Assembly: GCA_963828255.1 (NCBI GenBank)
Contig: CAWHDZ010000025.1
Span: 64,001 to 128,000 of the forward strand
DNA: 64,000 nt
Source of the DNA: an uncultured delta proteobacterium
Lineage (GTDB): Bacteria; Myxococcota; Myxococcia; Myxococcales; Anaeromyxobacteraceae
Reading direction: 5' to 3'
Shown: in pieces, positions 43,222 through 51,170 of the stretch
Layout: each line of letters begins with the position of its first letter
Position numbering within the stretch: position 1 is the first letter of the stretch
Position numbers and translations under genes: made by a program
The notes under the pieces: generated by a model
What the model was told of the DNA's origin: nothing
Seen by the model: only the letters and a program-made list of their open reading frames with translations
Database searches by the model: none

Positions 43222-43949
43222 CCGGCAGCCTCCGCGACGAGCCCCTCGGCCGCCAGCTCGGCGAGCAGCGCCTCGACGTCCTGCTCGACCACGTCCAGCG
43301 AGGGCGCCTCGAAGTCGCGAGCGATGCGTTCGGCCAGGGCGCGCGCCGACGGCGCGTCCCCGGCGGCGAGCAGCTTCCACACCGCCACGCCGGTTGCGTT
43401 CAGCGTGAAGTAGAACTTGCTGCGGAGGTCGAGCAGCAGCCCCGTCCCGTCCTTCATCTCGGTCAGGATCACGTCGCGGTTCGCCTGGGTGGGCGCCATG
43501 GTCGCCTCCGTCTTCGATTCGCCGCTCCCTCGCGGCGGATAGGCAAGAGCCTCGGCGAATCGCGGCCGGGGATCCGCCGGCTCTCCCACCGGCTCGCCAT
43601 TCCGTTCTAGCCAGGCGTGGGCCACCACCTCGCCCTCCTCGACCCGGACGCCGATCACCAGCCGGACGGGCTCGCCCGCGGCCCGCAGCGAGGCGAAGCC
43701 GGCCAGCGAGCGGAAGAGGCAGGTGGCCGGGCGGCGACGGAGCGCCGCCACGATCCTCCCGGCGTCGCCTCCGGCGCCTCTCGACGGGCCGTCGTCCAGC
43801 ACATCCAGAAGGTCCAGGACGTGGTGCCGCCGCAGGAGGTGCGGCATGAGGGCGACCAGCGCGGCCCGGCGAATCCCGGCCCCGGGTGCGCCAGGAGACG
43901 GGGGCGCGAGGATCCGGAGGGCGACGCGCGTGGCGGCGGAGGGCGCCAC
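43218..43949 (-). CDS. Lasso-type B2 leader peptidase fused to C-terminal PqqD/RRE domain
   Basis: TCLFRSL...VRLVIGV...AHAWLE (transglutaminase-like Cys/His), then LLDLRSKFYFTLNATGVAVWKLL...DVEALLAELAAEGLV (PqqD fold). Confidence 0.88.
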   Translation of the reverse strand: MAPSAATRVALRILAPPSPGAPGAGIRRAALVALMPHLLRRHHVLDLLDVLDDGPSRGAGGDAGRIVAALRRRPATCLFRSLAGFASLRAAGEPVRLVIGVRVEEGEVVAHAWLERNGEPVGEPADPRPRFAEALAYPPRGSGESKTEATMAPTQANRDVILTEMKDGTGLLLDLRSKFYFTLNATGVAVWKLLAAGDAPSARALAERIARDFEAPSLDVVEQDVEALLAELAAEGLVAEAAG

Positions 43950-43952
43950 CTG

Positions 43953-44975
43953 CTACCCCACCACGTTCAGCGCGGCGCGTCCGGCCCGAGGACCGGCGCT
44001 CCCGCCGTCCACCCAGTGCGGCTTCCCCAGGCGGGCCAGGCATCGGTTGCACGGGAAGTCGTCCCAGCCAGGTTTCGCCCCCGGCGCAGCCGCAATGGAG
44101 TCGAGCCGTTCCCGCTCCAGCCGGTGGACGAGGTCGAGGAGGCGGCGGTGCCCGTCGGCGAGGCTCTCCACGGCCAGGTCGGCGACCACGTCCTCGCGGC
44201 TGCCCGGGACGCCGGAGTGGTTGCAGCACAGGTTGAGCATCCCCTGCGCAGTGACGTGGAGCGTCTCGCTGCGGAACGGCTCGCAGAGGTGGAACCGCGA
44301 GCCGCGGCGGAATCCCTCGGCGAGGAGGATCGGGATGTGCAGCAGGGTCGAGAGCCGGTCCACCCGGTCGCGGACGCGGTCGAGCTCAGCCGGGGACAGG
44401 TACAGGTCGCGGTCGTCGTAGGCGCCGGCGGCATGCGTCATCGCGAAGCTCGCCTGCGTCGCCCCCAGCTCGGCGGCATGGAGAGCGGCCTGCTCGATCT
44501 CCCCCTGATTCAGCGCGTTCACCGTCATCTGGAGGGCGAAGGGAAGCCCCCGGGCGCTGCACGCGGCGATGGCCGACATCGCCTCCCGGTGGCTGCCCTC
44601 GCCCCGGATGGCGTCGTGGGTCGCCGCGGTGGCTCCGTCGACGGAGAAGTCGATGATCGAGAGCGCGTCACGCCGCACCGGCGCCTCCTCGAGGAGGGCG
44701 AGGAGTCGATCGAAGCCACGGCCGCTCGTGACCAGGTGCCAGGTGAACCCGCGCCGGACCACCGCGTCGAGCGCGCCCGCCAGGTGGGGCCAGAGGAGGG
44801 GGTCACCGCCCGTGAACCCGGCGTGCCGGATCCCGTGCAGCTCCGCCGCCTCGCCGATCACCTTCTCGACCACCGCCAGCGAGAGGTCGGCCGGCCGGCT
44901 GCCCGGGTCGCGCAGGCAGTGGCGGCAGGCCAGGCCGCAGCGCTCGGTGACGTGGAATACGATCCAGCGGGACAT
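43953..44975 (-). CDS. Radical SAM enzyme with SPASM/twitch-like C-terminus
   Basis: CGLACRHC, FTGGDP, SVDG...HDAIRGEGS; C-terminal C...GMLNLCC...CNRC. Confidence 0.88.
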   Translation of the reverse strand: MSRWIVFHVTERCGLACRHCLRDPGSRPADLSLAVVEKVIGEAAELHGIRHAGFTGGDPLLWPHLAGALDAVVRRGFTWHLVTSGRGFDRLLALLEEAPVRRDALSIIDFSVDGATAATHDAIRGEGSHREAMSAIAACSARGLPFALQMTVNALNQGEIEQAALHAAELGATQASFAMTHAAGAYDDRDLYLSPAELDRVRDRVDRLSTLLHIPILLAEGFRRGSRFHLCEPFRSETLHVTAQGMLNLCCNHSGVPGSREDVVADLAVESLADGHRRLLDLVHRLERERLDSIAAAPGAKPGWDDFPCNRCLARLGKPHWVDGGSAGPRAGRAALNVVG

Positions 44976-44978
44976 GGC

Positions 44979-47129
44979 TCAGGGGAAGGGCGCGAAGGCG
45001 GCGGCGCCGTCCGTGGCCGGGCCGGCGGTGAGCTGGCGGACCGCCGCGCCGGTGGCGACGTCGACGAGCCACAGGTCCGCGTTTCCCGACCGATAGGAGG
45101 TGACGACCATCCGGGCGCCGGTGGGGTCGAAGGCGGGCTCCCCGTCCACCTGGCTGGTGACGACCCGGATCACGCCCGTGGCGAGGGCCTGGATCACCAC
45201 CTCGGAGACGGCCGCGCCGGAGGCCCCACGGGTGAAGGCGATGCCGGCGCCGTCGGGGGTTGCCGCAGGGCGCCCACGGATCCCGGACGCGGTGGTGACC
45301 CGGACCGCCGCGCCGCCCGCAGCCGTGACCTTCCAGACGTCGTAGCTGCCCGTGGCGTCTTTCGAGGAGAAGTAGACCTGCGATCCGTCCGGGGACCAGG
45401 CCGGTCCTGCGTTGAAGGTCGTGCCGTGCGTGAGGTTCACGGGCGTACCTCCGGCGGCGGGGACCACGTAGATGTCGGAGACGTTGGTGACGCCCGGTGC
45501 CTGGCCCTCGAAGGCGACCAGCAGGCCGTCGGGAGAGAACGCCGGCGACGTCGCGGTGAGGTCGCCCACGTCGAGGAGCGAGTCGGACCCCGTCGCGAAG
45601 TCGTGGAGGTAGATCTGCATGCGTCCGCTGGACGCATTCGCGTGGGCCAGCGTCCTGGCCGGTGACCAGGTGGCGAAGAGGTCGTCGGTCGTGCCGTCCG
45701 TCAGGCGGGCGAGGCAGGAGCCGTCCTCCCGCACCACGTGGAGGTCGAAGGCGCCGGTCCCCCTGGACGAGAAGGCGAGCCAGCGGGCCCCGGGGGTCGT
45801 GATGGCGCAGGGAGGGAGGACCATGACGTCGAGCTCGGCCATGAGCGTGGCTCCGCCATGGCTTGCGGAGAGGGTCGCCGTCACGTCGGTGGCGACGGCC
45901 GTCGTCGTCACCGCGAAGGTCGCGCTGCTGGCGCCGGCGGCCACGGTCACGCTCGCGGGCACGATGGCCGACGCATCACTGGACGTCAGCGTCACCGCCA
46001 CCCTGGCCGCTGGCGCCGGGCTGGCCAGCGTCACGGTCCCCGTTGCGCCCGCTCCCCCCTGCACCTTCGCAGGCGACACGCTCAGCGACGAGAGCGCCGG
46101 AACCGGGGGCGGCAGCAGGGTGATCGTCAGGAGCCCCGAGACGCTGTCCCCCACGACGTCCGCCGTGATGTACGCCGTCTCGTCGACGGTCACGCTCGCA
46201 GTGGTGACCGCGAAGGTCGCGGTGGTGGCGCCGGCGGCCACGGTGGCGCTCGCCGGCACCGTGGCCGACGCGTTGCTCGACGACAGGGTTAGCACCGCGC
46301 CGCCCGGGGGCGCGGCGTCGGTGAGGGTCACGGTGGCGGTCGCGCTCCCCCCGCCCTGCACGATCTCCGGCGAGAGGGTCAGCGACTCCAGCTCGGGCGG
46401 CGGCGGAGCCACCGTGATGGCGAGGGTCGCCGTCCGGCTCGCGCCGCCGTAGGTCCCGGTCAGGGTCGCGGCCGTGTCCGACGCGACGGCCGCCGTCGTG
46501 ACCGCGAAGGTCGCGCTGATGGCGCCGGCGGCCACGGTCGCGCTCGCCGGCACCGTGGCCGACGCGCTGCTCGACGACAGCGCCACCACCGCCCCCCCGG
46601 CGGGTGCCGGCAGGGTGAGCGTCACCGTTCCGGTCAATCCCGTTCCACCCTCCACGCTCGCCGGAGACACGCCCAGGGACGAGAGCGCCGGTACCGGTGG
46701 AGGCTGCGCCGTGATCGCGAGGGACGCCGTCCGGGCCACGCCGCCGCAGGTTCCGGTGAGGGTCGCGGCCGTGTCCGACGCGACGGCGATCGTCGTGACC
46801 ACGAAGGTCGCGCTGGAGGCCCCGGCGGCCACGGTCGCGCTCGCCGGCACCGTGGCCGACGCGCTGCTCGACGACAGCGCCACCACCGCTCCCCCGGCAG
46901 GTGCCGGCCCGGTGAGCGTCACCGTTCCGGTCGCGCCCGTTCCGCCCGACACGCTCGCCGGAGACAGCGTCATCGTGGACAGCGACACGGCCGGCGGATC
47001 CGCGACTCCGCCACCGCACCCCAGCCCGGCCAGGGCGAGAAGCAAGCTCGCGGCCCGCCAGAAGGGTCGAGCGGAACGGCGCGCTTCGGTAGATCGGAAA
47101 CGCGAACGGAACGGGGCTCGCATGCTCAC
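44979..47129 (-). CDS. Lipoprotein with four Ig-like repeats and a TolB/PD40 beta-propeller
   Basis: Lipobox-like LAGLGC; four roughly 99-aa Thr/Ser/Ala/Val repeats; SPAFSPDG, PAWSPDG, PAFDPTG blades. Confidence 0.8.
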   Translation of the reverse strand: MSMRAPFRSRFRSTEARRSARPFWRAASLLLALAGLGCGGGVADPPAVSLSTMTLSPASVSGGTGATGTVTLTGPAPAGGAVVALSSSSASATVPASATVAAGASSATFVVTTIAVASDTAATLTGTCGGVARTASLAITAQPPPVPALSSLGVSPASVEGGTGLTGTVTLTLPAPAGGAVVALSSSSASATVPASATVAAGAISATFAVTTAAVASDTAATLTGTYGGASRTATLAITVAPPPPELESLTLSPEIVQGGGSATATVTLTDAAPPGGAVLTLSSSNASATVPASATVAAGATTATFAVTTASVTVDETAYITADVVGDSVSGLLTITLLPPPVPALSSLSVSPAKVQGGAGATGTVTLASPAPAARVAVTLTSSDASAIVPASVTVAAGASSATFAVTTTAVATDVTATLSASHGGATLMAELDVMVLPPCAITTPGARWLAFSSRGTGAFDLHVVREDGSCLARLTDGTTDDLFATWSPARTLAHANASSGRMQIYLHDFATGSDSLLDVGDLTATSPAFSPDGLLVAFEGQAPGVTNVSDIYVVPAAGGTPVNLTHGTTFNAGPAWSPDGSQVYFSSKDATGSYDVWKVTAAGGAAVRVTTASGIRGRPAATPDGAGIAFTRGASGAAVSEVVIQALATGVIRVVTSQVDGEPAFDPTGARMVVTSYRSGNADLWLVDVATGAAVRQLTAGPATDGAAAFAPFP
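45830..46982 (-). repeat. Four tandem ~297-bp intragenic repeats (Ig-like modules)
   Basis: Units begin LSTMTLSP, LSSLGVSP, LESLTLSP and LSSLSVSP; core VPASATVAAGAxSATFxVTT; first two units are 297 bp apart. Confidence 0.85.
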
Positions 47130-47314
47130 TAGCCGGGGCCAGGCCCGACCATCCCACCCGGTTCCCCGCTTCCACCGGTGAATTGCAGCGTGACCCTCGA
47201 CACCGAGCGCTTCTTCACGATGCGCGGGGGCTGGTAGGGCGGGCGCTCGACCCGGGCATCCTTACCGTCCGCCTGTCCCTGCGCCCTCGACTTCCTCGCG
47301 TTCTTGCCGTCCAT
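47129..47314 (-). CDS. Putative RiPP precursor peptide (lasso-type leader)
   Basis: 61 aa; GAAGGA RBS; YQPPRIVKKRSVSRVTL leader end, predicted core QFTGGSGEPGGMVGPGPG; lies in an operon with an RRE and a B2 peptidase. Confidence 0.78.
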   Translation of the reverse strand: MDGKNARKSRAQGQADGKDARVERPPYQPPRIVKKRSVSRVTLQFTGGSGEPGGMVGPGPG

Positions 47315-47330
47315 GAAGATCCTTCATCCC

Positions 47331-48806
47331 CTACGGGATCACGCGGGTGAGGTCGCTCCGGCCGGCCGTTGCGCTGGCCTTCGGGGCCCACAACGCACCG
47401 GCGCCGGAAGCGATCCCGTAAGGGCTGCTGGATGACACGAGCGGACCGAGACAGGTCTGGGTTCCGTTGCCCGTCGAGCCGAGCCAGACGCGGCACAGAC
47501 CGTTCGTGCTGTGCATGGTCCAGAGGTTGGCGTCGGGCCCGTAGGCGAGGGCGGAGAAGGTCGCCGAGGTACCGGCAGAGTATGGCGCCGTCGAGGTGGT
47601 TCCGGTGATCTTGCAGATCCGCCCGATGCCGCCGCTCGTGGTCACCACCCAAACGTCGCCGCTGGGTCCGGCCACCATGGGGCGGTTGGTTCCGAGGGTG
47701 CCGCAGGCACTGCTGAGCGTGAAGGAGCCCAGGCTCCTCTTTGCCACGCAATCGATTCGGCGGAGCCGGTCGGTCCGGTTCGTTCCCGTGTAGAGGTAGC
47801 AGCTCGTACCCTGCCTGACGGCCACGATCGGGGAGACCCCGCTTCCGCTGCCGCCATTCGTGATCCTTCCCTGGGTCCTGGCGACCGGGTCGTACCAGAC
47901 CACCCCGCTCGCGCTCGGCAGCGCGAACCAGACCAGGCCGTTCGGGTCCACCGCGACCCCTTCCGGATTCCCTCCCCCCGTGATGGCGATCTCCGACCCG
48001 ACGAGCGCGCCCGATGCATCCAGGCGCGCGATCCTGTTCACCGATCCGAGCGCCACCCAGATCTGGCTGCCGTCGGCGTTCGCGCCCACGCCAGTGGGAG
48101 CGGCGGAGAGGACCGCGGACTGGGTGACCGTGCCCGCGGCGTCGACGATGAGGACTTTCCTGCCGGCGGTGTCGATGAAGAGTGCGCTCGTTCCGGTTCC
48201 GGCCATCCGGTAGCTCTGAGAGGCCACCGACTGCATCCTGGAGGTCCACGGATCGACCCGGAAGGCGACGATCTGCCCCTTGAACGTGGAGCGCACCCCG
48301 CTCGTGAAGGTGAAGGCCCACGTCCTGTCCGTCGGGACGCCCGGCGTCAGGTCGCCGTACGACCAGAGCCCGCCGTTCGCCGCGGTGACGCCGGGGATCG
48401 CCGGGTCGCTGTTGCAGGCCGCAGCGGTCGACGGGGTGAGCGAGGTCATCTCGGCGTAGACCTTGGCGAGCACCGTCGGCGAGGAGAAGTTGGAGGTGAC
48501 CCTCACCGTCCCGCCGGAGGTGGTGGTCGCGCCACAACCGACCTGGGCGTTCCACCAGAGCGTGTTGCCCGGTGCGTTCGCCACCGTCACGCCGGGCGTG
48601 CCGCTGGGGATGACCAGCGCGCTCATCCCCAGGGCCTGACCGAGCGCCGTCGTCTCGGCCTGGATGGTGAAGGTCCCGGCGACCGCGTCCACCTCGCCGG
48701 AGAACGTGGCCAGGACCAGCGGCCGCGCATCCTCGGGTGTCCCTTGCGTGTCCTCGGCACCGCAGGCCGCGACCGCGAGCGCGACGACGATGAGCAGCCT
48801 CTTCAT
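47331..48806 (-). CDS. Lipoprotein with C-terminal Vgb/NHL-like beta-propeller
   Basis: GGAGG RBS; MKRLLIVVALAVAAC lipobox; blades PEGVAVDPNGLVWF, AGPSGDVWV, YGPDANLW, PYGIASGAGALW. Confidence 0.78.
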   Translation of the reverse strand: MKRLLIVVALAVAACGAEDTQGTPEDARPLVLATFSGEVDAVAGTFTIQAETTALGQALGMSALVIPSGTPGVTVANAPGNTLWWNAQVGCGATTTSGGTVRVTSNFSSPTVLAKVYAEMTSLTPSTAAACNSDPAIPGVTAANGGLWSYGDLTPGVPTDRTWAFTFTSGVRSTFKGQIVAFRVDPWTSRMQSVASQSYRMAGTGTSALFIDTAGRKVLIVDAAGTVTQSAVLSAAPTGVGANADGSQIWVALGSVNRIARLDASGALVGSEIAITGGGNPEGVAVDPNGLVWFALPSASGVVWYDPVARTQGRITNGGSGSGVSPIVAVRQGTSCYLYTGTNRTDRLRRIDCVAKRSLGSFTLSSACGTLGTNRPMVAGPSGDVWVVTTSGGIGRICKITGTTSTAPYSAGTSATFSALAYGPDANLWTMHSTNGLCRVWLGSTGNGTQTCLGPLVSSSSPYGIASGAGALWAPKASATAGRSDLTRVIP

Positions 48807-48822
48807 TCCTCCCCCTCTGATG

Positions 48823-48873
48823 ATCATGAACCGCATGGGTTCATCTCTCGAATACTGGCTGATATCATGAACC
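48823..48873. promoter_or_regulatory. Candidate operator: ATGAACC-N5-GGTTCAT palindrome plus ATCATGAACC direct repeat
   Basis: Palindrome at 48826-48844; 10-mer at 48823 and 48864; just upstream of the RiPP operon. Confidence 0.45.
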
Positions 48874-49034
48874 CGGCTCTTCGCGAGTCCACTTCCTGGC
48901 GTTCGCCTGGCCCTGCCAGGCGCACCTACATGTCGGTGCGCCCACTGGACTGTCAGACCCCCGATCCAGGATGCAGGCTGCCGGTGTCGGCTCCCCGACC
49001 GTCGCCGGGCATTCCCTTCAGGAGGTCCTTCAAC

Positions 49035-49478
49035 ATGGCAGTGAAGGTGATGGTTGCCCCCGCGATCGCATCCGCCTTGGACGTGCCGTTGGCGCGCAAG
49101 GCCCGCGATCCGCTCGCTCCACCGAAGGTTCGCCGCCGCAAGTCCGCGGTCTACGACGCCGACGGCCACGAGGTCCTCATCACCCTGATGTGCCTCAAGT
49201 GCCATCAGATGAGGCCGCTGTCACAGTTCGGCCTGCGGCGAATGGCCGACGGCTCGATCCGCAACCAGCCCTGGTGCCGGGGGTGCCGGTCCGGTGCCGG
49301 CGCCGAGAAGCCCCGCCGCCGCGAGCAGGACGATGCCGGCCCGGACACGGACGCCGGGCCGACTCCCGAATCGGTCGTCGGAGCCGCCCCCACCGCCACC
49401 CTTCCCCAGCGCCCGGTCGACGCCGGCCAGATGGCCACGCAGATCGCCGCAGCCCTCGCTGGAGGCTGGCGGAAATAG
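49035..49478 (+). CDS. Hypothetical zinc-finger protein
   Basis: AGGAGG RBS; CLKC...WCRGC; basic stretch KVRRRK. Confidence 0.7.
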   Translation: MAVKVMVAPAIASALDVPLARKARDPLAPPKVRRRKSAVYDADGHEVLITLMCLKCHQMRPLSQFGLRRMADGSIRNQPWCRGCRSGAGAEKPRRREQDDAGPDTDAGPTPESVVGAAPTATLPQRPVDAGQMATQIAAALAGGWRK

Positions 49479-49634
49479 AGATTCCCCGGGTCACCCGGGG
49501 ACTGTCGTGCGCTCGAAAGAGCCGAGGCCGCCCGCGGTATCGCGAGGCGGCCTCACCTTTTCTGCGCATCTCCTGCGCGGGCGCGCCCCAAGAGGGATTT
49601 CACGACGCGACAACACCACTTTGGGTGTCCTGGT

Positions 49635-49648
49635 TTGACGACAATCAA
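49635..49648. promoter_or_regulatory. FNR/CRP-family-like box upstream of citrate synthase
   Basis: TTGAC-GACA-ATCAA versus FNR consensus TTGAT-N4-ATCAA. Confidence 0.4.
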
Positions 49649-49776
49649 AGGCACGCACGCTCCGTAATCCCCATGACGATCTGCGTTGTGCTTTGAAACG
49701 GGTCGGGTACGATTCGCCGTCTTTCCGAGCGCGCCAATCGAAGTTCCCGTCCAACCTTCAGCGGTAGGAGTTCTCA

Positions 49777-51111
49777 ATGGCCCAGAGCAATCTCAAGGCG
49801 AAGCTCCTCGAGAAGATCGAGGCGCACCGCCCCAGGACCACGAAGCTCAACAAGGAGTTCGGCAACGTCGTCATCGACAAGGTGAACATCGGCCAGTGCA
49901 TCGGCGGTGCTCGCGACATCCGCAGCCTGGTCACGGACATCTCGTACCTCGATCCCTTCGAGGGCATCCGCTTCCGCGGCAAGACGATCCCGGAGACCTT
50001 CGCGGCGCTGCCCAAGGTTCCCGGCAAGGAGCAGCCGTTCGTCGAGGGGTTCTTCTGGTTCCTGCTGACCGGCGAGGTCCCCACCGCGGCACAGACCCAG
50101 GAGGTCGTCGAGGACTGGAAGTCCCGGGCTCAGATTCCCCAGTACGTGATCGACGTGCTGCGCGTGATGCCCCGCGACTCGCACCCCATGACGATGCTCT
50201 CGACCGCGGTGCTGACGATGCAGCGCGACTCGATCTTCGCCAAGAAGTACGGCGAGGGCGGCCTCAAGAAGAACGACATGTGGGACCCGATGTACGAGGA
50301 CTCGATGAACCTGCTGGCGAAGCTGCCGGCCATCGCCGCGTACATCTACCGGATGAAGTACAAGTCCGACGTCCAGATCCCGGCCGACCCGAAGCTCGAC
50401 TGGGGCGGCAACTTCGCCCACATGATGGGCGTGGCGCCTCCGTATGACGAGGTGGCCCGCATGTACTTCATCCTGCACTCGGACCACGAGTCGGGGAACG
50501 TGTCGGCGCACACCACGCACCTCGTGGCCTCGGCGCTGTCCGACGCGTACTACTCCTTCTCCGCCGGCCTGAACGGCCTGGCCGGCCCGCTGCACGGCCT
50601 GGCGAACCAGGAAGTGCTCGGCTGGATCATGAACGTGATGAAGAAGCTCAACAACAAGGTGCCCACCAAGGAGGAGCTGGAGAAGTTCCTCTGGGACACC
50701 CTGAACGGCGGCTCGGTCATCCCGGGCTACGGCCACGCGGTGCTCCGCAAGACCGACCCGCGCTACGTCGCCCAGAACGAGTACTCGAAGAAGCACCTCC
50801 CCAACGACCCGATCTTCCAGCTCGTGAACATGATCTACGAGGTGGCGCCGGGCGTCCTCACCAAGCACGGCAAGACCAAGAACCCCTGGCCGAACGTCGA
50901 CGCGCACTCGGGCGTCATCCAGTGGTACTACGGCGTCCGCGAGTGGGACTTCTACACGGTCCTCTTCGGCGTCGGCCGCGCGCTGGGCGTGCTCGCCAAC
51001 ATCACCTGGGACCGCGGTCTCGGGTATGCCATCGAGCGCCCCAAGTCGGTCACCACCGACATGCTCGAGCAGTGGGCCAAGGACGGCGGCCGCAAGGGCG
51101 CCGAGGACTAG
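49777..51111 (+). CDS. gltA: Citrate (Si)-synthase, eukaryote-like type
   Basis: GIRFRG, HSDHESGNVSAHT, GLAGPLHGLANQEV, PGYGHAVLRKTDPRY, PWPNVDAHSG. Confidence 0.95.
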   Translation: MAQSNLKAKLLEKIEAHRPRTTKLNKEFGNVVIDKVNIGQCIGGARDIRSLVTDISYLDPFEGIRFRGKTIPETFAALPKVPGKEQPFVEGFFWFLLTGEVPTAAQTQEVVEDWKSRAQIPQYVIDVLRVMPRDSHPMTMLSTAVLTMQRDSIFAKKYGEGGLKKNDMWDPMYEDSMNLLAKLPAIAAYIYRMKYKSDVQIPADPKLDWGGNFAHMMGVAPPYDEVARMYFILHSDHESGNVSAHTTHLVASALSDAYYSFSAGLNGLAGPLHGLANQEVLGWIMNVMKKLNNKVPTKEELEKFLWDTLNGGSVIPGYGHAVLRKTDPRYVAQNEYSKKHLPNDPIFQLVNMIYEVAPGVLTKHGKTKNPWPNVDAHSGVIQWYYGVREWDFYTVLFGVGRALGVLANITWDRGLGYAIERPKSVTTDMLEQWAKDGGRKGAED

Positions 51112-51128
51112 GCTCGATCTCTCCCTGA

Positions 51129-51170
51129 CGTGAAGGGGGCCGCTCCGCGAGGGGCGGCCCTCTTTTCACG
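51129..51170 (+). terminator. Intrinsic terminator after gltA (possibly bidirectional)
   Basis: Stem GGGCCGCTCC-GCGA-GGGGCGGCCC followed by TCTTTT. Confidence 0.75.

Noticed and set aside
45830..46982. CRISPR array or non-coding repeat
   Set aside because: The repeats are ~297-bp in-frame protein modules with no repeat-spacer structure, and no cas genes are present.
41160..47314. Calling the cluster a standard lasso peptide BGC
   Set aside because: No asparagine-synthetase-like cyclase in the window; the core begins with Gln and lacks bulky plug residues. A cyclase acting in trans cannot be excluded.
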